From Alphaproteobacteria bacterium (GTDB taxonomy: Bacteria > Pseudomonadota > Alphaproteobacteria > UBA2136 > JAPKEQ01): a stretch of DNA of 51,464 nt. Below, in pieces: positions 1-8,563 of this stretch (positions are counted from its first letter, which is position 1; the number at the start of each line of letters is the position of its first letter). Made by a program: the position numbers and the translations under genes. The notes under the pieces are model-generated. The model was not told the origin of the DNA and searched no databases. It worked only from the letters and a program-made list of their open reading frames with translations. The DNA lies in assembly GCA_028821995.1 (NCBI GenBank), contig JAPKEQ010000002.1:1-51464 (forward strand). Reading direction: 5' to 3'.

Positions 1-3
1 ACC

Positions 4-603
4 ATGTTTAAGCTGAACCAAAAAGGTGCCATGTTTGGCCTTGATGCAAGAGTTGCCCTTGCCATTATGGGTGCCATATCAATCATTGCTGGTTACTACA
101 GCATAAGCCGCATTGGCACTGCAAGAACAGCCGGACTTGTTAAGGAGCTTTCAAATTATGAAGAAGCCTTTCTGGGTTACCAGTCAGACATGGGCACATT
201 TTTGCTATTCACGCTAAATGGCGCCAGCAATGGCGTGCGCGACCTAGAAGTCCTATGGGATCAATCAGAAGTTCTTGCAGGCCTTAGAAAACGCTGGAGC
301 GGTCCTTATTATAAGTATAAATCATACACGCGTGACCATTCTGATTACGGTGAATTTTCTATTACCTATGGACAAGCTGATGCAAACCTATCTACGTGTA
401 CAAGTTCATCATCTTGCTATGCATGGCTTACACTTTCAGATGTCCCTCTTGAAACATGGATGGAAATCAATGAAGCTGTAGATGAGGCTTTTGGCTCTGA
501 TGCTGAAGCTTCTGCTGATGAAGAAGGAAAAGTCAGAGCTGATAGCCTTGGATCTGACCCTGTCACCCTCTATTACCGCGTACTTGAACGCCCTACAAAC
601 TAA
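4..603 (+). CDS. pilin/pseudopilin-like protein, paralog 1 (hypothetical)
   Basis: 199-aa ORF. The N-terminus MFKLNQKGAMFGLDARVALAIMGAISIIAGYY has a short basic leader, a Gly, then about 20 hydrophobic residues. Later blocks are RWSGPYY and C-x5-C followed by YAWLTL. It is clearly paralogous to the next two ORFs. Confidence 0.6.
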   Translation: MFKLNQKGAMFGLDARVALAIMGAISIIAGYYSISRIGTARTAGLVKELSNYEEAFLGYQSDMGTFLLFTLNGASNGVRDLEVLWDQSEVLAGLRKRWSGPYYKYKSYTRDHSDYGEFSITYGQADANLSTCTSSSSCYAWLTLSDVPLETWMEINEAVDEAFGSDAEASADEEGKVRADSLGSDPVTLYYRVLERPTN

Positions 604-619
604 TAACTGGAGCCTCCAC

Positions 620-1273
620 ATGATAAGACCTTTCCGCCCTCGCTTAACTCAAAAAGGCGCTATGTTTGGTCTTGATGCACGCCTTACTCTTATTATATTT
701 ACTTCTCTTAGCACCATTGCCGGCGCAAGTATCTTTTTTAACAAAACGAATACTCAGGCCTCAGTTATGGTTTCAGAACTTAAAGCCATACATACAGCTA
801 TAAAAAGAATGCAGGAAGATTTTGAGAATGACTTATACTCATCTCTTGATACGCCTAATTCTACCAATGCTACTTACATCCTGTTTGATGATACTGAAGT
901 TGATGCCGCCTTTCAAAGAGATTGGCACGGCCCTTACCTCGATGAGTTTATTCAACCTGGCACGCGCATTTACACAAGCCAAAATAATATTGCTGGCACA
1001 ACCCTCGTCAGCATCATGAAGCATGCCAAACAAGACGATATTGATAGCTCTGTGACGTGTAGCAACGCTGCCCCTTGCCATTACTGGATCAGAATTGAAA
1101 ATATTCCCATTAAACTTGCAGAAGCTGTTAACGCTAAAATTGATGGTACAAACGAAGTTGTACCTGACGAAGAAGGCCGCCTTCAGTGGATTGAAACATC
1201 TGCGGACATCACTAATATCTGGTACCTCACAGAACGCGCGCTAGATAACACAAACCCTTCTCTTGGTGAATAA
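620..1273 (+). CDS. pilin/pseudopilin-like protein, paralog 2 (hypothetical)
   Basis: The track ORF is 482..1273, but its first 46 codons overlap paralog 1. The internal ATG at 620 is preceded by GGAG (609-612) and gives MIRPFRPRLTQKGAMFGLDARLTLIIF..., matching the leaders of paralogs 1 and 3. It also carries DWHGPYL and C-x5-C followed by HYWIRI. Confidence 0.6.
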   Translation: MIRPFRPRLTQKGAMFGLDARLTLIIFTSLSTIAGASIFFNKTNTQASVMVSELKAIHTAIKRMQEDFENDLYSSLDTPNSTNATYILFDDTEVDAAFQRDWHGPYLDEFIQPGTRIYTSQNNIAGTTLVSIMKHAKQDDIDSSVTCSNAAPCHYWIRIENIPIKLAEAVNAKIDGTNEVVPDEEGRLQWIETSADITNIWYLTERALDNTNPSLGE

Positions 1274-1289
1274 GGAAAGACCTGAAAAC

Positions 1290-1889
1290 ATGATTTTAAA
1301 AAAACTACGTTCTCAAAAAGGTGCTGTCTTTGGGCTTGATGCTCGTATTGCACTCTCTATTCTGAGTGTTATTTCTGTTATGGCTGGCGGGTATTACTTC
1401 GCTAACTATTTCACAACAAGAGCCAAAGCCTTAAGCGAAGAATTTCGCCAATATGGCCTTGCGATTGATGGCTATCAATATGACATGAGAGAAGACCTTG
1501 TAGAGACAATTACGACCCCTAATGGCACAAATGAAATTACAGCTCTCTTTGATGATAGCGTCATTAAAGGGGCTTACCAAGGGCGCTGGAACGGTCCTTA
1601 TCTCGACCACGATGAACCTGCCGTACTTCAAAATGCATCCACAAGCACAATGACACTTATAAAAGCAGCCTCAGACAGTAGTGCTGCCACATGTACAGTC
1701 ATTACATCCTGCAATTACTGGATTAGACTCCAGCCCTTCCCGGAAACTTCTGTAATTCATTTAGATGAAATTCTTGATGGCGGCGCCGAAACAACACCAG
1801 AAGATGAAGGGGTCATTCGCTGGAATAACCACGCTGATCCTGGCATGGTTGACCTGTGGTACTCTGCTAGCCAAGCCTTTGCTCTGTAA
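1290..1889 (+). CDS. pilin/pseudopilin-like protein, paralog 3 (hypothetical)
   Basis: The track ORF 1263..1889 begins at a TTG. The ATG at 1290, with AAGGA upstream, gives MILKKLRSQKGAVFGLDARIALSILSVISVMAGGYYF. It also carries RWNGPYL and C-x5-C followed by NYWIRL. Confidence 0.6.
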   Translation: MILKKLRSQKGAVFGLDARIALSILSVISVMAGGYYFANYFTTRAKALSEEFRQYGLAIDGYQYDMREDLVETITTPNGTNEITALFDDSVIKGAYQGRWNGPYLDHDEPAVLQNASTSTMTLIKAASDSSAATCTVITSCNYWIRLQPFPETSVIHLDEILDGGAETTPEDEGVIRWNNHADPGMVDLWYSASQAFAL

Positions 1890-1996
1890 TGCAAACCTTT
1901 ACCAACTGTAAGAGCAAATAGATAACACACCCACAAGAGGGAGAGCGAGACGGCGATTCTGTGGATTATGCAAAAGGGCGCAGGCCACACATTCAA

Positions 1997-2016
1997 AAGC
2001 GAGCCTGAGCTCGCTT
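1997..2016 (-). terminator. weak hairpin downstream of nusB
   Basis: aagcgagc-ctga-gctcgctt forms a perfect 8-bp stem. On the minus strand it is followed only by TTTTG, so the U-tract is short. Confidence 0.3.
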
Positions 2017-2053
2017 CCTTAAAAAATATTCTGGATGGTTGGTTAAAAGAGTT

Positions 2054-2716
2054 TTAAGCCTTTTCTTCAGATTTTTCCTTATCCTCAGATACTTCCACAG
2101 CTTCTTTGGGTGCTTCTTCAGCTTCAGGCTCAACCACTGCAGTAGCCTCTACAGGCACCTCTTCAGCTTTTGCTTCGCCCTCAAACTCTTCTGGACGAAT
2201 TTTACGAGCTGCTGTGTTAATTACCGCAGCAATAAACTTATGCTCATCTTCTTCCACGTAGCTTGCAGCAATCGTCACGTACTGCTCTAGAATTGCCTTA
2301 ACAGGCGTTGCGGCCTGCACAGAAAGTTCAGCCATAGCACAAACCAAAATAGCTTTTTGCACGCTACCAATGCGCTCCATACTCCAGCCTTCAGTTAAGT
2401 GGGCCCTCACAAGAGCAGTATAACGCTCAAGGTTGGTGTTCACTTCACTAAAAATAAGACTAAAGAGCTTCTTATCAGCATTTTGCTTTTTAATGCGGTA
2501 ATTTACAAACTCGCGTAAAACTTCTGAAGAGCTTTTCTCCATAAGGAAAACTTGAAACATTGCCTGAATAGCACAAAGGCGCGCCTCTGTACGTGTATCC
2601 TTCGTAAGAGGTGTATAGATTGGCGGAAAAGCATCCTCAATCTTTTTTGTGCTCTCTTCTCCATGCACACTTTCTTCAAGTGCTGCGATAACAGGATCTA
2701 GTGTTTCATGACTCAT
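2054..2716 (-). CDS. nusB: transcription antitermination factor NusB, with N-terminal extension and acidic C-terminal tail
   Basis: 220 aa. The core ARLCAIQAMFQVFLME...AILVCAMAEL is NusB-like. It lies directly after nrdR with an 11-nt overlap. About 50 C-terminal residues are E/A/P/K-rich. Confidence 0.7.
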   Translation of the reverse strand: MSHETLDPVIAALEESVHGEESTKKIEDAFPPIYTPLTKDTRTEARLCAIQAMFQVFLMEKSSSEVLREFVNYRIKKQNADKKLFSLIFSEVNTNLERYTALVRAHLTEGWSMERIGSVQKAILVCAMAELSVQAATPVKAILEQYVTIAASYVEEDEHKFIAAVINTAARKIRPEEFEGEAKAEEVPVEATAVVEPEAEEAPKEAVEVSEDKEKSEEKA

Positions 2717-3152
2717 TTAACATAATCTTTCTAAAATCTTGCTCATTATTGAACGAGTTATAAACAGAGGCATAACGCACAAAGCCAACAAAGTCCAACT
2801 CTTTTAGCTTTGGAAGCACCGCATCGCCAATATCGCGGGATGTCACCTCACTTTTACCCTCTTCAATAAAGTCTTGCTCAATCTCCCCAACAAGGCGGTA
2901 AACCTGTTCCCTATCAACAGGGCGCTTTCTCAGTGCCATCATAAGGCTATGTACAAGCTTATCTCTATCAAATAGCTCTCGGCGGTCATCGCGTTTCACA
3001 ACAATCACCTGCTGTACCTCAAAACGCTCAAATGTCGTAAAGCGACGATTACAGTCATTGCACTCCCGACGGCGACGAATAACTTTTCCGTCTTCAGAAG
3101 GTCTTGAATCCTTAACCTGCGTATCTTCGCTTCCGCAAAATGGACACTTCAT
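2706..3152 (-). CDS. nrdR: transcriptional repressor NrdR
   Basis: MKCPFCGSEDTQVKDSRPSEDGKVIRRRRECNDCNRRFTTFERFE is the zinc ribbon, followed by an ATP-cone. 148 aa. Confidence 0.95.
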   Translation of the reverse strand: MKCPFCGSEDTQVKDSRPSEDGKVIRRRRECNDCNRRFTTFERFEVQQVIVVKRDDRRELFDRDKLVHSLMMALRKRPVDREQVYRLVGEIEQDFIEEGKSEVTSRDIGDAVLPKLKELDFVGFVRYASVYNSFNNEQDFRKIMLNES

Positions 3153-3181
3153 AACATTTATTCCGTTCTTATTCTTAAGAT

Positions 3182-4450
3182 CTATTTACGCTCGTAGATT
3201 GGAAATCTATCACATAGCTCTTTCACTTCAAAACGTATACGGCTTTCAAGCTCTTTATCACCGTCCTCGTGTTGCTTTAATCCCCTAAGCACATCACCAA
3301 TCCAACGGCCAATCATCTCAAATTCTTTTTCCTTAAAACCGCGCGTTGTACCGGCAGGAGATCCAAGGCGAATACCACTGGTTACAAACGGGCTTTCCGT
3401 ATCAAAAGGGATTGAATTTTTATTACAAGTGAGCCCAGCACGCTCAAGCGCTGCTTCTGCTGCTTTACCAGTTAGGCCCATGGGGCGTAAATCAACAAGA
3501 ATAAGGTGTGTATCTGTTCCGCCTGTTACAATGCGCACCCCCTCTTCTTCCAAAGTTTTTGCCATAACTTTAGCATTAGCAACAACCTGTTTACCGTAAA
3601 CTTTAAAGCTTGGCTCCAAGGCTTCTTTAAATGCAACAGCCTTCGCTGAAATCACATGCATCAAAGGCCCACCCTGCAGCCCAGGAAATACCGCACTATT
3701 AATTTTCTTTGCTATATCTTCATCATTTGTAAGCACAATACCACCGCGCGGACCGCGCAGCGTTTTATGCGTTGTAGATGTAACAACATCTGCATATGGG
3801 AAAGGACTTGGATGTTCTCCTGCCGCCACAAGGCCTGCAAAGTGGGCCATATCCACCATAAGTATCGCGCCAACTTTATCGCAAACATCTCTAAAGCGCT
3901 TAAAGTCTATTGTACGAGAATAAGCACTTCCGCCTGCGATGATGATTTTGGGTTGAAACTCAACTGCCATTTTTTCAAGTTCGTCATAATCAATAATCTC
4001 ATCTTCGCCAAGGCCGTAACTATGAGCCTCAAACCATTTCCCAGATTGGTTAACTTTAGAACCATGCGTTAAGTGACCGCCATGATCAAGGCGCATACCA
4101 AGAAAACAGTCTCCAGGCTTCATAATGGCGCTAAATACGGCCTGATTAGCTTGGGAGCCACTATGAGGCTGCACATTGGCATACTTACAGCCAAACAACT
4201 GTGTAATACGCTCAATAGCAAGCTTCTCAGCTACGTCTACATATTCGCACCCACCGTAGTAGCGCTTATCTGGGTAGCCTTCTGCATACTTATTGGTCAT
4301 CACGCCGCCCTGTGCTTGCATAACAGCAAGAGAGGTCATGTTCTCTGAAGCAATAAGCTCAATTTGAGAGTGTTGGCGCTCATACTCATCTTCAATAGCG
4401 CTAAAAATATCTGGATCAACTGTGCTTAAAGGACTTGTGTATAAATTCAT
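3182..4450 (-). CDS. glyA: serine hydroxymethyltransferase
   Basis: 422 aa. Contains IELIASEN, the [15 protein letters not shown]-lysine motif, and VTSGIRLG. Confidence 0.97.
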   Translation of the reverse strand: MNLYTSPLSTVDPDIFSAIEDEYERQHSQIELIASENMTSLAVMQAQGGVMTNKYAEGYPDKRYYGGCEYVDVAEKLAIERITQLFGCKYANVQPHSGSQANQAVFSAIMKPGDCFLGMRLDHGGHLTHGSKVNQSGKWFEAHSYGLGEDEIIDYDELEKMAVEFQPKIIIAGGSAYSRTIDFKRFRDVCDKVGAILMVDMAHFAGLVAAGEHPSPFPYADVVTSTTHKTLRGPRGGIVLTNDEDIAKKINSAVFPGLQGGPLMHVISAKAVAFKEALEPSFKVYGKQVVANAKVMAKTLEEEGVRIVTGGTDTHLILVDLRPMGLTGKAAEAALERAGLTCNKNSIPFDTESPFVTSGIRLGSPAGTTRGFKEKEFEMIGRWIGDVLRGLKQHEDGDKELESRIRFEVKELCDRFPIYERK

Positions 4451-4453
4451 GGC

Positions 4454-4936
4454 TTATTTCTCTCCCGTTGGTGCGTCTAACTGCTCAAGTCGAGGGATAT
4501 GTCTCCCCCCTTCAAATGGTGTATTTAAAACAATATCTAATAGCGCGCAGGCTTGCTCTACCGTAAGAACACGAGACCCCATACAAATAATATTTGCGTG
4601 ACTATGAAGCGCTGCCATTTCTGCTGTAAAGGCATCATGTATTAAAGTGGCACGAATCCCTTTATGACGGTTAGCACGCATACTAATACCAAGGCCAGTA
4701 CCGCAACAAGCAATGCCAAGCACATGAGTACTTGCATGCACATGGCTTACAACAGCATCAGCAGCCTCAGAATAAGTAAATGCTGTTTCAGCTTTTAATA
4801 TAGTGGCTTCATACCCAGTAGATTTTAAATACTCTGAAATCTCCTGAATAAAATCAGCAGCAGCGTGATCACTGGCAAGAATAATTTTTTTCGTCAAAAT
4901 AGTAAGAGCCTTTGGCTGTTTATTGTTATTGGGCAC
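4454..4936 (-). CDS. rpiB: ribose 5-phosphate isomerase B
   Basis: 160 aa. Contains ILASDHAA and CCGTGLGISMRANRHKGIRA. The gap to glyA is 3 nt. Confidence 0.9.
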   Translation of the reverse strand: MPNNNKQPKALTILTKKIILASDHAAADFIQEISEYLKSTGYEATILKAETAFTYSEAADAVVSHVHASTHVLGIACCGTGLGISMRANRHKGIRATLIHDAFTAEMAALHSHANIICMGSRVLTVEQACALLDIVLNTPFEGGRHIPRLEQLDAPTGEK

Positions 4937-4999
4937 TATTAAAACATATTTTTCATAAAAAAGAGAGCCAAAAGGCTCTCCTAAAGTATGTTTTAAGCT

Positions 5000-5932
5000 C
5001 TAAACGTATGTTTGCACATGCGCCACTTCAATTGAGCTTTCAGAAGCTTCCGAGGCATCATCTCCACCTGGAAGAATAACGTCAACTTCTGCCGCCTCTA
5101 AAGGCACATCTTCAGGCACAAGATCTTCCTGCGCCAGACTTCCAGCGACTTGTTGTACCGAAGCATCCTCTCCCCCCCCTTGGCCTGGAAGAGCAATTTC
5201 TGCCGTCTCTCCATCTCCTGGTAAGGCAAACTCTAAAGATTCAATATCAGCTTGCCCTGGCAGAGGAATTTCCTCACCCGCCCCTTCACCCGGAAGCGCT
5301 AAAGTAGCTTCAGATGATGATTGCCCTGGAAGGCTCACTTCTACAGAAGCTTGTGGTTCCACTGGGCGAGAGGCCTGAGCAGGAGCTTGTGGAGCTTCAC
5401 GCTGCTGGCTTACTTGAATATCTACATTATCACGCACATTCACACCATCTCGAGGCTGTGCCTGCACAGCTTCTTGCACAGAGACATTCCTGCTCTGCTG
5501 AATGACTGATTCAATATTTTGCTGCACGCGCTCCACCGTTCTGTTTTGTGGCGGCTGCTGCTCTGCGACCTTTTGCGCACGCTCAAACTGCTTAACAGCC
5601 TGATCAACAGGTGTAGGTTTAAATGAAACTTTTGATGTTTGCTCCATGTAACTTGCAACCTGTTGCACGCTAGAAAGAACGTTTTTACGTGTTGTCTCTG
5701 CTGCTTTTACAGTATCGAAAGTTGCGAGCTGGCGAATAAGTCCTGTTTTTTCTGTAGGGGATAAACGACGAGATTTAGCAATATTCATAAGCACACTTCC
5801 ACTATCACTTGGAATCGTGCGTAAACTAAAACCGTTTTTGGCAGAAGCATTTTCAACAGGCTGATTGGCCTGTTTTTGTGTGTTGTTGGCATTTGCGCTT
5901 ACAACACTTGAATTTCGTGTTACATCAAGCAT
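5000..5932 (-). CDS. acidic, Q-rich repeat protein (hypothetical)
   Basis: The track ORF is 5000..6016. The ATG at 5932 is preceded by AGGAAG and is the likelier start (MLDVTRNSS...). There is no signal peptide. The C-terminal third carries six LPG-centred acidic repeats. Confidence 0.6.
   Translation of the reverse strand: MLDVTRNSSVVSANANNTQKQANQPVENASAKNGFSLRTIPSDSGSVLMNIAKSRRLSPTEKTGLIRQLATFDTVKAAETTRKNVLSSVQQVASYMEQTSKVSFKPTPVDQAVKQFERAQKVAEQQPPQNRTVERVQQNIESVIQQSRNVSVQEAVQAQPRDGVNVRDNVDIQVSQQREAPQAPAQASRPVEPQASVEVSLPGQSSSEATLALPGEGAGEEIPLPGQADIESLEFALPGDGETAEIALPGQGGGEDASVQQVAGSLAQEDLVPEDVPLEAAEVDVILPGGDDASEASESSIEVAHVQTYV
5060..5335 (-). repeat. in-frame degenerate coding repeats (x-LPG-[QEDG]-acidic), six copies
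   Basis: Peptide repeats are SLPGQSSSE, ALPGEGAGEE, PLPGQADIES, ALPGDGETAE, ALPGQGGGED and ILPGGDDASE. On the plus strand they show as recurring cctggaag/cctggcag/cctggtaag. Confidence 0.6.
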
Positions 5933-6139
5933 GTTTTCGTCTTCCTGACTTCTCTTTTCCCCATCGAGCCTACTTAGCTCTCCTATTATTATGGTATGCA
6001 ATACAAACATTGTCAATATTTCCTGACAGGTATTTCTTTTTTATTACAACACCTTTCCCCAAGAGATGTACTTTTTTCTCGTGTAACAGGCCAAAATCCG
6101 CTAAAATAGAAAAAACAAAAACAAAACAAAGCTTTAAAA

Positions 6140-6670
6140 ATGCACCGTAGAGATTTCTATAGTTCACTTGCAAAAGTCAGCACTGATGTATTGAAAAACA
6201 ACACTTATTTTGGTGATATGGATGGTGTTTCTTATACCTTTGTTCCTGCTACAAAAGCGGATGCACCGACACTTATCGTAGTAAACATCAATTTACACAC
6301 ACCTATCTACACAGAGCACTTTAACCTTATTTTCCTTAAAAACTGGCCAAGTGTAGGTCATAACTTCTGGACAAAGGTATTTGCAAGGCATGACCTTATT
6401 TCTGAAGCGCACCTTTTAAGCTGGACAGTGCCATCACGTTTGCCATCATTTGTTAAAAAAACTATTCAGGTCAGCCGCGACGCACGCAAGCTCAGTAGCC
6501 GCGTAGACCGCCCTATTCTTATGATGCAGGACGGCGGAAACATGGGTGTTTCAACCCTTCCTGCGCCAGACATCCTGCCAGAAGGCAGCGATATTTTTGT
6601 AGGATTCATTAATGGACTTAACAAATCAGACAGTCCAGCCTATGCAAGAATGCAACAATTCCTAAACTAA
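6140..6670 (+). CDS. hypothetical protein
   Basis: 176-aa ORF, divergent from the repeat protein and followed by a strong terminator. I recognise no motif. The start is uncertain because there is no clear SD. Confidence 0.5.
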   Translation: MHRRDFYSSLAKVSTDVLKNNTYFGDMDGVSYTFVPATKADAPTLIVVNINLHTPIYTEHFNLIFLKNWPSVGHNFWTKVFARHDLISEAHLLSWTVPSRLPSFVKKTIQVSRDARKLSSRVDRPILMMQDGGNMGVSTLPAPDILPEGSDIFVGFINGLNKSDSPAYARMQQFLN

Positions 6671-6685
6671 AGAATTGATAATATT

Positions 6686-6714
6686 AAAAAAAGGAGGCGC
6701 CCGCCTCCTTTTTT
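6686..6714. terminator. bidirectional intrinsic terminator
   Basis: aaaaaaa-ggaggcg-cc-cgcctcc-tttttt lies between the convergent 6140..6670 ORF (+) and murA (-). Confidence 0.85.
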
Positions 6715-6730
6715 ATAACTTCAGTAAATA

Positions 6731-8062
6731 CTAAGCGCTCTTTTGCATAAGAGTTGACTCAACAGCCTTCACACCAATTGCTTCAAGGCGTTCCTTAACA
6801 GGGCCGTAACCACGCTCAAGCATATCAATGTTCGTGAGTGTTGTATCACCCTCTGCAACAGCTGCTGCAATCACATAAGCAAGGCCTGCACGCAGGTCTG
6901 GAATTTCCAGCAAGTCTTCTGTCGCTTTCAAGTTGACCTTACCCTTAATTAGGGCGCTATGCGGGTAATCATGGTTTTCAAAACGGCAAGGCTTACCAAG
7001 GCAGTGGGTTGTAAGCTGAACATCAGCCCCAAGCCCTTTAAGGGCTTCTGTATAACCAAAACGGCTTTCGTATACCGTTTCGTGGATCACGCTAATGCCT
7101 TCCGCCTGTGTCAGCATCACAGCAAATGGCTGCTGCCAATCTGTTGAGAATCCAGGAAAGACATCCGTCTCCAAAGTAATAGAAGTAAGTGGGCGCTCGC
7201 GGTAAAACTTAATCGTATCTTGTCCAATCAAATCAAAGCCTCCGCCGACCTTTCTAAAGTAAGATAGGAAGTTACTCATAGTATTCGCGCGAATCCCATG
7301 TACGGTAATTTCACCATCAGCTGCGCAAGCAAGCGCTGCCCAAGACCCCACCTCAATACGGTCTCCAAGAATAGGCATTTGCGTGCCCGTAAGTTTTTCA
7401 ACACCTTCCACCCGAATCTCACGGCCTTCTTCCATAAAGATGATTGCGCCCATTGCACGAAGCATTGTAACAAGCTCTACAATTTCAGGCTCAATAGCGG
7501 CATTAGAAATAACACTTGTACCTTCAGCAAGCACACTGAGGAATAGCGCTGTTTCAGTTGCGCCCACACTTGGGTAAGGCAGCTTTACATGCGCCCCTTC
7601 AAGGCGGCCATCAGACTTTGCATGGTAGCCCGTTTCATCTTGCCAAACTGTTGCGCCAAACTTGCGAGCCGCTTCTAGGTGGTAATCTACATTACGGTTA
7701 CCAATTTTACAGCCACCAAGTACAGGAATATGCGCCTCGCCAAACTTATGTAAAAGTGTTGGTAGAAGAAGAATAGGAATACGGTTATTACGTGAATCAG
7801 GCATTGTGAGTGTTGAAGACGTCATGCCAGCAGGATCAAATGTCATAGTATCTGTGTGCGGGCTGCAATCTACCCCTGCCCCAACAAGAAGCGCGCGCGT
7901 AATATCAACGTCGCCAATAGGAGGTACATTTGTAAGGGTACTTGGGGATGTTCCAAGCGTTGTTGCCACCATAGCTTTTGTTGCAAAGTTTTTTGCGCCC
8001 AGGCATGTAAGCTCGCCCTTAATTGGCTGTCCGCCTGTAATTGTCAAAGTACGCTCTGTCAT
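6731..8062 (-). CDS. murA: UDP-N-acetylglucosamine 1-carboxyvinyltransferase
   Basis: 443 aa. Contains ITGGQPIKGELTCLGAKN, the active-site context LGGCKIGNRNVDYH with Cys retained, and DLRAGLAYVIAA. Confidence 0.9.
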   Translation of the reverse strand: MTERTLTITGGQPIKGELTCLGAKNFATKAMVATTLGTSPSTLTNVPPIGDVDITRALLVGAGVDCSPHTDTMTFDPAGMTSSTLTMPDSRNNRIPILLLPTLLHKFGEAHIPVLGGCKIGNRNVDYHLEAARKFGATVWQDETGYHAKSDGRLEGAHVKLPYPSVGATETALFLSVLAEGTSVISNAAIEPEIVELVTMLRAMGAIIFMEEGREIRVEGVEKLTGTQMPILGDRIEVGSWAALACAADGEITVHGIRANTMSNFLSYFRKVGGGFDLIGQDTIKFYRERPLTSITLETDVFPGFSTDWQQPFAVMLTQAEGISVIHETVYESRFGYTEALKGLGADVQLTTHCLGKPCRFENHDYPHSALIKGKVNLKATEDLLEIPDLRAGLAYVIAAAVAEGDTTLTNIDMLERGYGPVKERLEAIGVKAVESTLMQKSA

Positions 8063-8156
8063 AAGACTTCCCCCTCATTTTCACGTTTAAGGAGGCCAAT
8101 ATGCCACAAAAAAGACCGCTTTACACGGCCTTTTTCAGGTATGTTTGGTAATTAAA

Positions 8157-8363
8157 TTAACATTCAAGCTCTTTTAACCTGTACTCCATCTGGTCTGCAA
8201 GTCTCAACTTCATAATTTTAAGATGCTTCAATTGACTTGTATCTGCTGATGGAACATGCCTCATATACTCAATTTTTTCATCAAGGTCCCTATGTTCTTG
8301 TACGAGACGTCTATACTGATAATCTTCATTACTACCTAGATGAACTGCATGTTTATGACTCAT
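8157..8363 (-). CDS. DUF465-like small protein (YdcH family)
   Basis: 68 aa. The pattern HRDLDEKIEYM...LKHLKIMKLRLADQME resembles DUF465 proteins. Confidence 0.6.
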   Translation of the reverse strand: MSHKHAVHLGSNEDYQYRRLVQEHRDLDEKIEYMRHVPSADTSQLKHLKIMKLRLADQMEYRLKELEC

Positions 8364-8563
8364 GGCATACTCCTTATTTACTTATTTAGCATTTGGCAAC
8401 TTGCGTAAAAACCAGAACAGTTTTCGACGCTCGTATTTATTTTATGGAATGTACCTCAACCTATATCATTGTCTCCCGCTGACATTTATTGCTTTTAATA
8501 CGTCTCTTAAAAATTTATGCTAGTATCTATCGGCCTTACAGAGAAAAAAATAAGAGCATTTTT

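Noticed and set aside
482-619. Upstream extension of pilin-like paralog 2, overlapping paralog 1 in another frame.
   Set aside because: The ATG at 620 has a GGAG SD and reproduces the leader seen in the two other paralogs.
1960-1968. TGTGGATTA, the reverse complement of a one-mismatch DnaA box.
   Set aside because: It is a single isolated copy in a 160-bp intergenic region with no cluster and no AT-rich unwinding element, so it is not evidence for an origin.
8394-8405. TGGCAACTTGCG between the DUF465 gene and glnA, reminiscent of a sigma-54 -24/-12 element. This would be relevant to nitrogen control of glnA.
   Set aside because: The GG to GC spacing is about 8 nt rather than the roughly 11 nt of TGGCAC-N5-TTGC promoters, and I saw no NtrC-type inverted repeats nearby.
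8489-8563. Upstream extension of the glnA ORF (MLLIRLLKIYASIYRPYREKNKSIF).
   Set aside because: The extension is not GS-like. The canonical GS N-terminus begins at the ATG at 8564.
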